This document shows positions 29,592 to 37,734 of a DNA stretch of 64,000 bases, in pieces. Origin of the DNA: an uncultured virus (IMG/VR IMGVR_UViG_3300011008_002732) (lineage: Duplodnaviria; Heunggongvirae; Uroviricota; Caudoviricetes); IMG/VR virus record IMGVR_UViG_3300011008_002732, one strand, 5' to 3'. A program made the position numbers and the translations under genes. The notes below the pieces were generated by a model. The model was not told where the DNA came from. It worked only from the letters and a program-made list of their open reading frames with translations, and made no database searches. The first letter of the stretch is position 1. Every line of letters starts with the position of its first letter.

Positions 29592-30976
29592 TATCGTATC
29601 AGTTTATCCAGCTTCTTCTCACTCCTGGTCTTGCCGACCTTCATCTTCTTCCTGTAGTATGAGAGGGTGAAGTCCTTCTTTCCATGCACGGCTTCGAGGA
29701 TGGTCTCGTCAAGGCCGGGCACAGAGCAAAGGAAGTACACGTCGGCAGCTTCCTCGCGCTCCTTAGAAACAAGCCTGTTGCGACCCTGCTCATAGCTGAG
29801 GAACGAATACTCAAACGAGTAGAACACCAAAGCTTCTGCAGTATCGAGGCGCACACCTTCCCTTGCCCTTCTGACTTGGCAGATGAACACCTTGTCGGAT
29901 GAGGCTTGGAACTCTTCGGGGCTGTCCGTCCAATTCGGGAACCATTGCTTCAGCAGGTCGAACTCCGACTGATAGCAGTAGAACAAGGCCAGCTTCTTCC
30001 CTGCGAACTTCTGCTTGACGTACTCGCACTTGCTTGTATCAAGGATGAGGTGTGTGCCATCTTCGGCTATCACTGTGCCGCCCGAAATCTGATGCAGCTT
30101 GTCAAGCAGCTTGGCAGGGGTGTCACCGAGAATGACATGATCACCGACCTTGGCCACCTTCTTCGAGTAGAGGTCGTGCCAAATGACGCTCGTCCTCATG
30201 GGCATGGGAACCTTGCGGACGTGCTCTATGATGTTGGTGGAGAATCCGGCTTCACCCTGCGTGTACGACACGAACAGGTGGCTCGCATCCTCGTCGATGA
30301 GGCTCTTGTCTGCATCCGAGTAGTCCGTGATGCGATAGCCGTTCACCATCTTCTCCCTCTTGTTCACATACTCCACCGCCCACTTGTAGAACGTCTTGTA
30401 TGCTGCGAATGGCGACCTATCGCTGCACCACAGCTGATGATATATCTGCGAGTAGCTTTCGGGTGTCGGTGTGCCGCTGAGGAACAGCACAGGCTTACCC
30501 TTGCACTTCTCCTTGGCTGCTATCGTCCGCTTGCTTGGCTTGGGGTAGGCACCGAGGCAATGCGCCTCGTCGAGGATGATGAAGTCGTACTCGCCCGAAC
30601 ACTTGTGGACGCTCTCATAGTTCACGACCTCCAGCGAGTATGATGGATTGAGCAAGGCATAGTCCGACTTCACCGACGGGACGGCCTTTATCTTCGTGAC
30701 GAACAGCACCGACTTGGCACCGAACCTGTCTGCCGTGAGGAAAGCCGTGAGCGTCTTGCCCGTCCGGCACTCCATCGACAGGTAGCACAGGCCGAAGTCG
30801 TTCAGTATCTTCACCGCTTTGTCAGCGATGTCGTCTTGATAGGGCCGTATGACCACTTTTTCACTCCCTTGTGGGGTGTTGGTAGGGTTACAGGCAGAAA
30901 CAGGCTTAGACAGGCTGTGACGTGTCTTGTTGAGGCTTGTTGCTCTGGGTGTGGATATGGGTGTAGTCTTCTTCAT
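29591..30976 (-). CDS. SF2 (SNF2-like) helicase
   Basis: RPYQ, CRTGKT, ILDEAH, LSGTP motifs. Confidence 0.85.
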   Translation of the reverse strand: MKKTTPISTPRATSLNKTRHSLSKPVSACNPTNTPQGSEKVVIRPYQDDIADKAVKILNDFGLCYLSMECRTGKTLTAFLTADRFGAKSVLFVTKIKAVPSVKSDYALLNPSYSLEVVNYESVHKCSGEYDFIILDEAHCLGAYPKPSKRTIAAKEKCKGKPVLFLSGTPTPESYSQIYHQLWCSDRSPFAAYKTFYKWAVEYVNKREKMVNGYRITDYSDADKSLIDEDASHLFVSYTQGEAGFSTNIIEHVRKVPMPMRTSVIWHDLYSKKVAKVGDHVILGDTPAKLLDKLHQISGGTVIAEDGTHLILDTSKCEYVKQKFAGKKLALFYCYQSEFDLLKQWFPNWTDSPEEFQASSDKVFICQVRRAREGVRLDTAEALVFYSFEYSFLSYEQGRNRLVSKEREEAADVYFLCSVPGLDETILEAVHGKKDFTLSYYRKKMKVGKTRSEKKLDKLIR

Positions 30977-30987
30977 ACTCTTTCCGC

Positions 30988-31920
30988 TTAGAACTGACCT
31001 TCATAATCATCTGCGCACGTACCCGTGACCTCAGAACCTCTCCTGCGTTCCTGTGCGGCCAGCTTTGCAATGATGCCGGCAGCATCGTTAGCCCTTTCCG
31101 CTCTCCCTGCAGGTGCCGATGAGGGTTGGCGGTTGTCATAGTTGCCCTCCAGCACTTTCGGGAAGTTGTTCGGGCGCATGACCCAATCGAAGTCTGCCAC
31201 CCATGCCCTGTTGTTCGAGCCGTTGAGGAACTTCGAGTCAGCGGCCTTGTCTATGACCTTTCTGATTGCTTCCTTGCCGTACTCGGAGATACGGGCGCTG
31301 ATGGCTGTCTTGCGCTTCTTCGTCACTTGGCGGATGGGAGGTATCTGCTTGCCCGCCATCTTCTCGTTCCAATAGTCGGCCAGCTTCGAGAAATCGACAT
31401 CTGACTGCTTGGGGGCAACTTTCTTGGTTGGCTTGCTCGGTTCTTCACCGAAATCTTCATCAGAATTTGGATTTGGGTCGTTCCCTAACGACAAAACTTC
31501 TGAATGTAATGAAGAAGTTATATCTAAATCTACTCTCTGACTCTGACTCTTATTCTTATTCTTGGTTGAATTATCCAATAACTCAACCGATGGGTTGTTT
31601 TGGTTGTTTTGGGTTGAATTATCCAATAACTCACTATCTTCATCGTGCTTACGGGCATTGGAATTTCCCTTTGGAGCACCGCCCTTCCGTCCGTTCTCAC
31701 GATTGACCTCTGCTCTCTTGTCGGAGCGGAGCCAGTGCCTTTCTGCCTCGATGCACAGACTGATGAACACGGCTTGCGAGATAGGGTCAGCAAGCGTTGG
31801 CTTCACCCCCGTCTCAGCATACTCGAACAGGGCATCAAGGACATCGCCTTTCTGCTCCTGGGAAAGCACGTTCACCAGCTGATGCTTGTCGGAGTGGATG
31901 ATAAAAAAGTCATGTACCAT
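30988..31920 (-). CDS. Replication initiator-like protein (DUF6291-like N-terminus)
   Basis: LSQEQKGDVLDALFEY, NRENGRKGGAPKGNSNA, and C-terminal FLNG.N.RAWVADFDW..PNNF.KVLEGNY; internal direct repeats. Confidence 0.75.
   Translation of the reverse strand: MVHDFFIIHSDKHQLVNVLSQEQKGDVLDALFEYAETGVKPTLADPISQAVFISLCIEAERHWLRSDKRAEVNRENGRKGGAPKGNSNARKHDEDSELLDNSTQNNQNNPSVELLDNSTKNKNKSQSQRVDLDITSSLHSEVLSLGNDPNPNSDEDFGEEPSKPTKKVAPKQSDVDFSKLADYWNEKMAGKQIPPIRQVTKKRKTAISARISEYGKEAIRKVIDKAADSKFLNGSNNRAWVADFDWVMRPNNFPKVLEGNYDNRQPSSAPAGRAERANDAAGIIAKLAAQERRRGSEVTGTCADDYEGQF
31564..31633. repeat. Two 22-bp direct repeats GGTTGAATTATCCAATAACTCA (putative iterons/origin)
   Basis: Copies at 31564-31585 and 31612-31633 in an AT-rich patch inside the initiator gene. 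Confidence 0.6.
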
Positions 31921-31922
31921 AG

Positions 31923-32378
31923 TCAGCCTCCTTTCACCATGAACTTCTTCAGAGAGGTCCAAAATGTCATGTCACCTTCATCGTTCAGTTCCGGCTCCTT
32001 GCCGTAGAGCGCATACTCGTTGAGCCGTCTGACCCAACAGCCGTAGGTCTCGAAGTCATTGCCGATGCACGAGAATATCGTGAACATTCCGTCATAGAAC
32101 AGGTAGTAGCATCCTCTCATCAGCTGATCCCTCGACTGCTTGTCGGTGGCTTCTGTCCTCGACAGCAGGGGCAGGACGCTGACGAAGAATGTCTCAGCCT
32201 TTGGTGAACGGAACTCATCCGGCTTCACTCCCTCTACGCAATAGTTGAACACCGCGTGAATGTACTCACCATATTCCTCGTCATTCAGTCCGAGTGACGG
32301 GAGGAGGTGAAACTCGCTGTAGAACCTGCAGAAACTACTGCGAGGGAAAATCTTGTTTTTCTTACTTACTCTTGCCAT
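31923..32378 (-). CDS. Hypothetical protein with two DUF6291-like repeats
   Basis: LNDEEYGEYIHAVFNYCVEG and YGCWVRRLNEYALYGKEP resemble the initiator N-terminus; start taken at MARVSKK. Confidence 0.5.
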   Translation of the reverse strand: MARVSKKNKIFPRSSFCRFYSEFHLLPSLGLNDEEYGEYIHAVFNYCVEGVKPDEFRSPKAETFFVSVLPLLSRTEATDKQSRDQLMRGCYYLFYDGMFTIFSCIGNDFETYGCWVRRLNEYALYGKEPELNDEGDMTFWTSLKKFMVKGG

Positions 32379-32391
32379 GCCTTTCAAAATT

Positions 32392-32742
32392 TTACCTTGC
32401 CAAGTGGCTCGCTGCCGCCATGTCCGTCTCGTATGTGGATGCGAACCTGTTGCGGCCCATGTACTCGTCCAAGTCCTTCCTGTTGAAGAACAGCTTGCCC
32501 GAACCGCCATCCTCCGGCTTGGAGTATGGCACCTTGCTTTCTCTGACAAGCGCATACATCTTGTTCCTCGAATAGCCTGTGTACTCGCATGCTTCCTTCA
32601 AGGTGAGGAACTGCTTGAACGAACACTCCTTCAGACTGCAGACCTCATCGACCAAAGCCTCGATGATGGGGTTTGCAGCATTGTCGGGACACTCTGATTT
32701 CAGCTGTGCCACCTGTGCTCTGATTCTTGATATTGCGTTCAT
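32392..32742 (-). CDS. Excisionase-like HTH DNA-binding protein
   Basis: LTLKEACEYTGYSRNKMYALV..VPYSKP..KLFFNRKDLDEYM; downstream of integrase. Confidence 0.8.
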   Translation of the reverse strand: MNAISRIRAQVAQLKSECPDNAANPIIEALVDEVCSLKECSFKQFLTLKEACEYTGYSRNKMYALVRESKVPYSKPEDGGSGKLFFNRKDLDEYMGRNRFASTYETDMAAASHLAR

Positions 32743-32902
32743 AAACTTGATATGGGTTTTGTTGGTGCAAAGTTACAAAAAATGATTGAAATAAACGCAC
32801 TTTTTGTGAAAAAATCGCGCAATAGTTATCAATTTTTCACTTTTTTCAAGAAAAAGCGGTCATTGACAACCTGTTTACCCTGCTGATTACGCTAATTGCC
32901 TG

Positions 32903-34054
32903 CTAATCAAACGTAGGGAGCAGCTCGACGGCCTTCCGCTTGGAGGTGTCGAGAATCTTGGCATACACCTGTGTCTGAGTGATGTTCGTGTGGCCGAGCA
33001 TCTTGCTCACCGTGTAGAGGTCGATGCCCTTGCTGAGAGCCAGCGTTGCGAACGTGTGCCGTGAGGTGTGGAACGAGACGTGTTTGCCTATCCCTGCCCT
33101 CTTAGCCCACCTCTCGATGGAGCGGTTCGTGGTAGTCCTCGACACCCTCTGAGTGAACACCAGGCCCTTGCGCTCCTTCGACTTCGGCAGCAGGGCGATA
33201 GCGGCCTTAGACATCGGGAACTCAACCACGCGGCCAGTCTTGACCTGCTTCTTCTTCAGCACATACGTTCCGTCCTCGACGATGGTGATGTCCTCCCATC
33301 GGAGCGTATCGATGTCTGAGTGGCGCAAGCCAGTGGCACAGCCGAACAGGAACTTCTCCCTGCCTTGCCCTCGCATCTTCGTGGGGGTCTGATAGAGCTT
33401 CCGCAACTCGTCCTCGGTCAGATAGGACTTCTCAGCGACCTCCTTCTTCGGGATGAACTCCATCGGTATCTTGCAGATCGGGTTCAAGGGGATGATGTCG
33501 TCTCTGACCGCTCTGTTCAGCGTCGTGTTCAAGATGCAGTAGTACCGCTTCACGGCATTGGGCTTCAGCGTCCGAACCTTCTTCACGGGATGCGTCCTGT
33601 TGTACGCTTTTGGGGTTCTGAGGAAGTCAAGGAAGCCGAGGATGAACTGCTTGTCTATCATGGCGAACGGCAGCACGTTCTTACCCGTGTAGGCTTTCAT
33701 CTTCTTCGCCAGCGTCCCGGCCAGCTGGGTTGTCGTACTGCCATGCTTCTGACTCGCCTTTGAAAGACGCTCCAGGTACTCGTAGAAGTCCATGTTCACC
33801 CTCTCGAATGAACTGAAGCCGAACTGCCCGTTCTGACATTCGACTATGCGTTTCGACTTGATGGCCTCTGCAAGCCGCATGGTGTTCCTGTTCTCAACCT
33901 TTGCCTCCCTCGATGTCTCGGGCAGCAGATACAGGTGAAGGAACTCATACCGCCTCACTCCGAGGTGGTAGATGTCGAGGTACAATGACTGACCTCCATT
34001 CTTCATCGACTTCGAGCGAAGCCTGATGGTGGATTTGCTTTCACTTTTTTCCAT
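32903..34054 (-). CDS. int: Tyrosine integrase (Bacteroidales arm-binding/SAM-like type)
   Basis: SLYLDIY..RRYEFL arm-binding region; TGLRHSD, HTSRHTFA, LGHT..TQVYAK catalytic motifs; about 175 bp from the att core. Confidence 0.95.
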   Translation of the reverse strand: MEKSESKSTIRLRSKSMKNGGQSLYLDIYHLGVRRYEFLHLYLLPETSREAKVENRNTMRLAEAIKSKRIVECQNGQFGFSSFERVNMDFYEYLERLSKASQKHGSTTTQLAGTLAKKMKAYTGKNVLPFAMIDKQFILGFLDFLRTPKAYNRTHPVKKVRTLKPNAVKRYYCILNTTLNRAVRDDIIPLNPICKIPMEFIPKKEVAEKSYLTEDELRKLYQTPTKMRGQGREKFLFGCATGLRHSDIDTLRWEDITIVEDGTYVLKKKQVKTGRVVEFPMSKAAIALLPKSKERKGLVFTQRVSRTTTNRSIERWAKRAGIGKHVSFHTSRHTFATLALSKGIDLYTVSKMLGHTNITQTQVYAKILDTSKRKAVELLPTFD

Positions 34055-34070
34055 GTCAATTTTCAGTTTT

Positions 34071-34091
34071 GGAGTAACAACGGAGTAACAA
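34071..34091. promoter_or_regulatory. Putative integrase arm-type sites (GGAGTAACAAC-GGAGTAACAA)
   Basis: Matches 14041-14061. Confidence 0.65.
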
Positions 34092-34228
34092 CAAAAGTAC
34101 AACTATTGCACAAAATGACCAAATTTTACAAAAGAGGCTTCCGACCTTCACAGGCAGGAAACCCCGACAAATAAACGAATAAGCACCGATTATGCCATTT
34201 TGCTATATCTTTGTTTGCATGGGTGGCT

Positions 34229-34240
34229 CTCACCGTCGTA
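34229..34240. repeat. att core, right copy (CTCACCGTCGTA)
   Basis: Identical to 13967-13978. Confidence 0.92.
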
Positions 34241-34549
34241 CATGATTCCTACAAGAGGATAGTCAACGGGCTTGGTGGCGACTACAACACCGACATACTC
34301 GTAACCTTCGGGCAGAGAAGCATAGTTCTTGCCGCCGTCGGCAACGGGCATGGGCTTGTACAGGGTCTCGTCCTCGGTGCTGCGGATAACCACATGGCCA
34401 GCCTTGATGCACTTGAGGTCAGACGGGAAATCCGTCATGTCAAGTGTACGACCGCCCTTGATACCGGCACCATAATGGCGAATGACGATCGAATCGTTGG
34501 CCGAGTCGATACGCATTCCTTCTTGGTTCAGATTTGCTTGTGCGCCCAT
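34229..34549 (-). pseudogene. 5' part (107 codons) of the head decoration protein gene, interrupted by the element
   Basis: Sits after scaffold; GIKGGRTLD..IKAGHVVI..YEYVGVV..GIMYDGE; joining to 13877-13966 gives a 136-aa ORF directly upstream of the capsid gene. Confidence 0.88.
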
Positions 34550-34555
34550 AATCTT

Positions 34556-35206
34556 TTACTTGGTTTGAGTTTGTGGAGTGCCGCCAGCGAGGGCAATGAT
34601 GTCCGCGTCTGAGAGCACGTCCGGTTGCTGAGTCTCTGGGTTCTTCTTACCTCCTGGGGGTGTCGAGCCGAGCTTCTGCAGCCCTTCGTTGGCACGCTCC
34701 TGATTGAGGTCGTCCAAATCCTTCTGCACCTCGTCGAGGTAGTCGTCAAAGGCATCATCATCCTTGAACGTCATAAGGTCGAACTGCTTCAGTACCGACT
34801 TTCCGAAGGTGCCTGTGTTCTCGACGAGTTTCTTGAGTTTGGTGCGTCTCGTCTCGTGCACGCGGTCGCCTTGGAGGATGTCAATCCGGCCTTTCAAAGA
34901 CTCGATGGCCTCGTTCTGCTTCTTGAGCAACTTCATCAGTTCGCTCTCCTCCGAGTTGTGCTTCTTCGATTTCTTTCCGTTCTTTCCGCGCTGACGGGGG
35001 TTGCGGTCATTCCCCTCATCATCGTTCTGATCATCGTCATCAGAATCATCGTCCTCATCGTCCTCGTCCGGGTCCTGGTGCTGGGACTGGCGACGCTGCA
35101 AAGCGGTTTGGATTGAACGCTGAGCCACGGACTGGCTCACTTCTAAGAACGGGAGTGCTGCATCAATGGCTTCTTCGATAGCCGCCCTTCTCTGTCTCTT
35201 GTTCAT
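34556..35206 (-). CDS. Capsid scaffolding protein
   Basis: Acidic low-complexity linker, coiled-coil character, position before decoration and capsid genes. Confidence 0.7.
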   Translation of the reverse strand: MNKRQRRAAIEEAIDAALPFLEVSQSVAQRSIQTALQRRQSQHQDPDEDDEDDDSDDDDQNDDEGNDRNPRQRGKNGKKSKKHNSEESELMKLLKKQNEAIESLKGRIDILQGDRVHETRRTKLKKLVENTGTFGKSVLKQFDLMTFKDDDAFDDYLDEVQKDLDDLNQERANEGLQKLGSTPPGGKKNPETQQPDVLSDADIIALAGGTPQTQTK

Positions 35207-35430
35207 GTAAACTTAAAAATTTGATGGTTACTACTTCTGCGCAGTGATTACGCATTGCAGATTACCAACATAGAGGAAGTTCTTCTTAGCGCTTCTACAT
35301 ACGCTTTCTTGGCACAAAATTACAAAATCCTTTGCATAATGTGCTTGAAACAGACGCATATTTTGAACAAGTATTCCTGTTTTTATATCTACCATTTTCA
35401 CTTTAATAGCTTTTTTCGTACCTTTGCAGC

Positions 35431-35997
35431 ATGAAAGTAATCAGAACGTTATCATTCATCCTGCTCTCCATGATGGTGATGGGATGCTCAGAGAAAAAGG
35501 ACACCAGGCAGGTGCAGGAGTTCAAGGAATCCGTCTATGGCTATATGTACTCCGCGCAGTCTATGGCCTCGTTCATAGCCGACAACATCGGAAAGTATGA
35601 GAGTGGGATGCACTACTTCGACACCTATAACGGATATGCGAACTACTCCACTGGAGAATACTGCGAAGACGTCAAGGACATGGTGGCCATCATCCGTAAC
35701 CAGTACAGGGAGCAGAAGTCCGTCGATGTCATTCAGAGCTGTGCTTCCGAGGCAAGACGGTTGCTACCTCCAGACAAGTCGGACTTGGCAAGGCTGCTGA
35801 AGCTGGCAGGGGAAATGGAGGATTTGGCCGTGACATCAGAACTGACACATACCTACGGCAACAAATACAAGCTGCTCATAGAAGAGTTCTCCACGGCCTT
35901 TGCCGTTTCCGATAATACCTATCCAAATACCGCTGTAAACTACGATAGCATTCAAGGTGGGGTAATTAGATTACAGGAAACCTTGATGGGCTTATAG
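35431..35997 (+). CDS. Lipoprotein moron
   Basis: Lipobox MKVIRTLSFILLSMMVMGC; opposite strand; TACCTTTG promoter element just upstream; hairpin downstream. Confidence 0.75.
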   Translation: MKVIRTLSFILLSMMVMGCSEKKDTRQVQEFKESVYGYMYSAQSMASFIADNIGKYESGMHYFDTYNGYANYSTGEYCEDVKDMVAIIRNQYREQKSVDVIQSCASEARRLLPPDKSDLARLLKLAGEMEDLAVTSELTHTYGNKYKLLIEEFSTAFAVSDNTYPNTAVNYDSIQGGVIRLQETLMGL

Positions 35998-35999
35998 AC

Positions 36000-36038
36000 A
36001 AAAAGAGAGGTCTAAGAACTGGCTTAAACCTCTCTTTC
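36000..36038. terminator. Bidirectional terminator between convergent genes
   Basis: AAAGAGAGGT..ACCTCTCTTT inverted repeat. Confidence 0.65.
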
Positions 36039-36060
36039 ATTATTTATATATAAGGTGTAC

Positions 36061-36264
36061 TTAAATCATCCTCAGAAGGAACTCATCCAAGTAGTCCGGC
36101 TCAACTCCCATATCGTACATCAGTTCCTCGATGTCCTCGATGTCGCATCCTTCGCTGGTAATCATATCCTGTCCGATACTTGCCTGCTCATCGATGATGG
36201 TGTTGGCCTCATCCTCCGTCACTTCGAGTGACCTGCTAACCATTGCAGTAAGACCCCATTCCAT
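36061..36264 (-). CDS. Hypothetical acidic protein
   Basis: 67 aa, in operon. Confidence 0.6.
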   Translation of the reverse strand: MEWGLTAMVSRSLEVTEDEANTIIDEQASIGQDMITSEGCDIEDIEELMYDMGVEPDYLDEFLLRMI

Positions 36265-36278
36265 AGCGTCCTCCTTTC

Positions 36279-36962
36279 TTAGATGAAGCAGCTGACATTC
36301 GTGATGGCAGAAGCGTTGGTGCGGAAGGCAAACTGACGGAGAGCGTCACCGACCTTGAACACCGTCCACTTCGTGATTTCCTCGCCGACAGGGAGTCCGC
36401 AGGAGGACTTCCAGAAGCTACCTGCAACCCTTACGGTCTTGCCCTTCTTGCCTCCGAGGGCCTTGGTGACCTCTCCGAAGGATTCCCAGCCGAGGCCGTC
36501 CGACTTGACGAACATCGTAGTGCTGATCTTGCGCTCGGTGTCGCTCTCCTGCTTGAAGTACTCCTTGACGATGCAGTAGCGGTTCAGAGCCTTGTTGCCA
36601 TTCTCCAGAAGTTCTCTGATTTCTTCCACGTCGATGATGGCATCCAGTTCCTCGTTGCAGTCGAACTGGTACTCCGGCTCCTCTTCCTCCTTGGGTTCCT
36701 CTGCAGGGAGAATGTCCTCAACGCTTCCAACCTCCTCGTTGGTGATGGTCACCTCCTCGACGGGAGCAAGGTTCTCTTCCTCCTCGATGGCTTCTGTGGC
36801 TCCGGCCTTCTTGCGGTAGTGGCCGACCAGTGCTGCAAGGCTGCGCTTGCCAGCTGCGTTCTCATACTCCTGGAACAAATCCTTGTTCAGTTCCATTGCG
36901 GTTGCAAACTCGTTGTTCTCAAAGTTAGCCTTGATGGCTGCTTTCAAATCTTCTTTCTTCAT
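36279..36962 (-). CDS. Hypothetical protein
   Basis: 227 aa, Glu-rich linker, AAGAGCAATG leader. Confidence 0.7.
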   Translation of the reverse strand: MKKEDLKAAIKANFENNEFATAMELNKDLFQEYENAAGKRSLAALVGHYRKKAGATEAIEEEENLAPVEEVTITNEEVGSVEDILPAEEPKEEEEPEYQFDCNEELDAIIDVEEIRELLENGNKALNRYCIVKEYFKQESDTERKISTTMFVKSDGLGWESFGEVTKALGGKKGKTVRVAGSFWKSSCGLPVGEEITKWTVFKVGDALRQFAFRTNASAITNVSCFI

Positions 36963-36997
36963 TGCTCTTAAAATTAGATGGTGAATAACTATGTTTC

Positions 36998-37273
36998 TTA
37001 TAACTCTACTTCTTCGTAGTCCTTCAACTCTTCCCGTGTGCTTGCGCAGTCGTAGAAGTTGTACTCCTCGACTTCAAGTCTTTCGCTCTCTTCGTTGAAG
37101 ATGTAGTAGTGACCATCCTTACCTTCATCGAACAGGATAGCCACTTCGTTGCCCTTGACCATTGCCTGGAAATCATCCTCGTGCAGGGTTTCCATTGCAA
37201 ATTCTCTTGCTGCCCAAATCAAAGAATCGATCTCGTTCTTGATTGCTTTCTTCAAAACTTCGTTTGTCTTCAT
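36998..37273 (-). CDS. Hypothetical protein
   Basis: 91 aa, first gene after the promoter at 37308. Confidence 0.7.
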   Translation of the reverse strand: MKTNEVLKKAIKNEIDSLIWAAREFAMETLHEDDFQAMVKGNEVAILFDEGKDGHYYIFNEESERLEVEEYNFYDCASTREELKDYEEVEL

Positions 37274-37307
37274 TGCTCTTCTTGTTTATTTGGTTTCTTA
37301 TTTATAG

Positions 37308-37340
37308 TGTAAAGGTAGTCATTTTTTTGCAAATGACCAA
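37308..37340 (-). promoter_or_regulatory. Early promoter with palindromic operator GTCATTT-N6-AAATGAC
   Basis: TGTAAAGGTAGTCATTTTTTTGCAAATGACCAA; identical at 58908, one mismatch at 44821. Confidence 0.75.
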
Positions 37341-37387
37341 GCGTTTTTCAAATTATTTTTCAGCTAACAACTTGATTTTCAAATTGT

Positions 37388-37693
37388 TTAACTTTTGCGA
37401 AACCTCATCAGAAAATGGGGCGCTGGAAGGCTTTCTCCATCACGGACAACACCTTCGCCCTCAATGAAATGAAGCTCCAGAATCTTGTCAAGGTCAAAAG
37501 CCTGCCTGAGCATGGCAATACCTTTGGCACGATCAATGTCAACACCAAACAATCTGCCTTGCTTGATGCGCATTGCTGATGCCAGGTTCTGCACACCTCC
37601 GTACCCTTTGATGAAATAGGTAAGGATTTGGTCTGCAGACAAATCCTTCGATGTGCGTGCTCCGCATTGCTTGATGTATTCTTCCTTATTCAT
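37388..37693 (-). CDS. Small hypothetical protein (candidate immunity protein for the MuF extension)
   Basis: 101 aa directly downstream of extended MuF. Confidence 0.5.
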   Translation of the reverse strand: MNKEEYIKQCGARTSKDLSADQILTYFIKGYGGVQNLASAMRIKQGRLFGVDIDRAKGIAMLRQAFDLDKILELHFIEGEGVVRDGESLPAPHFLMRFRKS

Positions 37694-37734
37694 AATGCAA
37701 AGATATTCATTTCTTGCGACATAGCAAAGTGGTT

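Larger units (their letters stand above)
13967..34240 (-). mobile_element. Integrative element / putative phage satellite (20262 bp between att cores) nested in the helper head decoration gene
   Basis: Flanking 12-bp direct repeats, tyrosine integrase next to the right core, arm-like repeats near both ends, own replication/regulation genes, portal, chaperone and TMP, no capsid or terminase. Confidence 0.9.

Noticed and set aside
13967..34240. Duplicate portal/TMP/chaperone as a misassembly or tandem duplication
   Set aside because: Copies are clearly diverged, and the segment has precise att repeats, arm-like sites and an adjacent integrase splitting one gene in frame
13967..34240. Element as a complete second prophage
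   Set aside because: No recognisable capsid, terminase, neck, tail tube, tail tip or lysis genes between the att sites; a deletion remnant cannot be fully excluded
34190..34549. 119-aa ORF as a complete gene
   Set aside because: The last 12 residues come from element DNA past the att core
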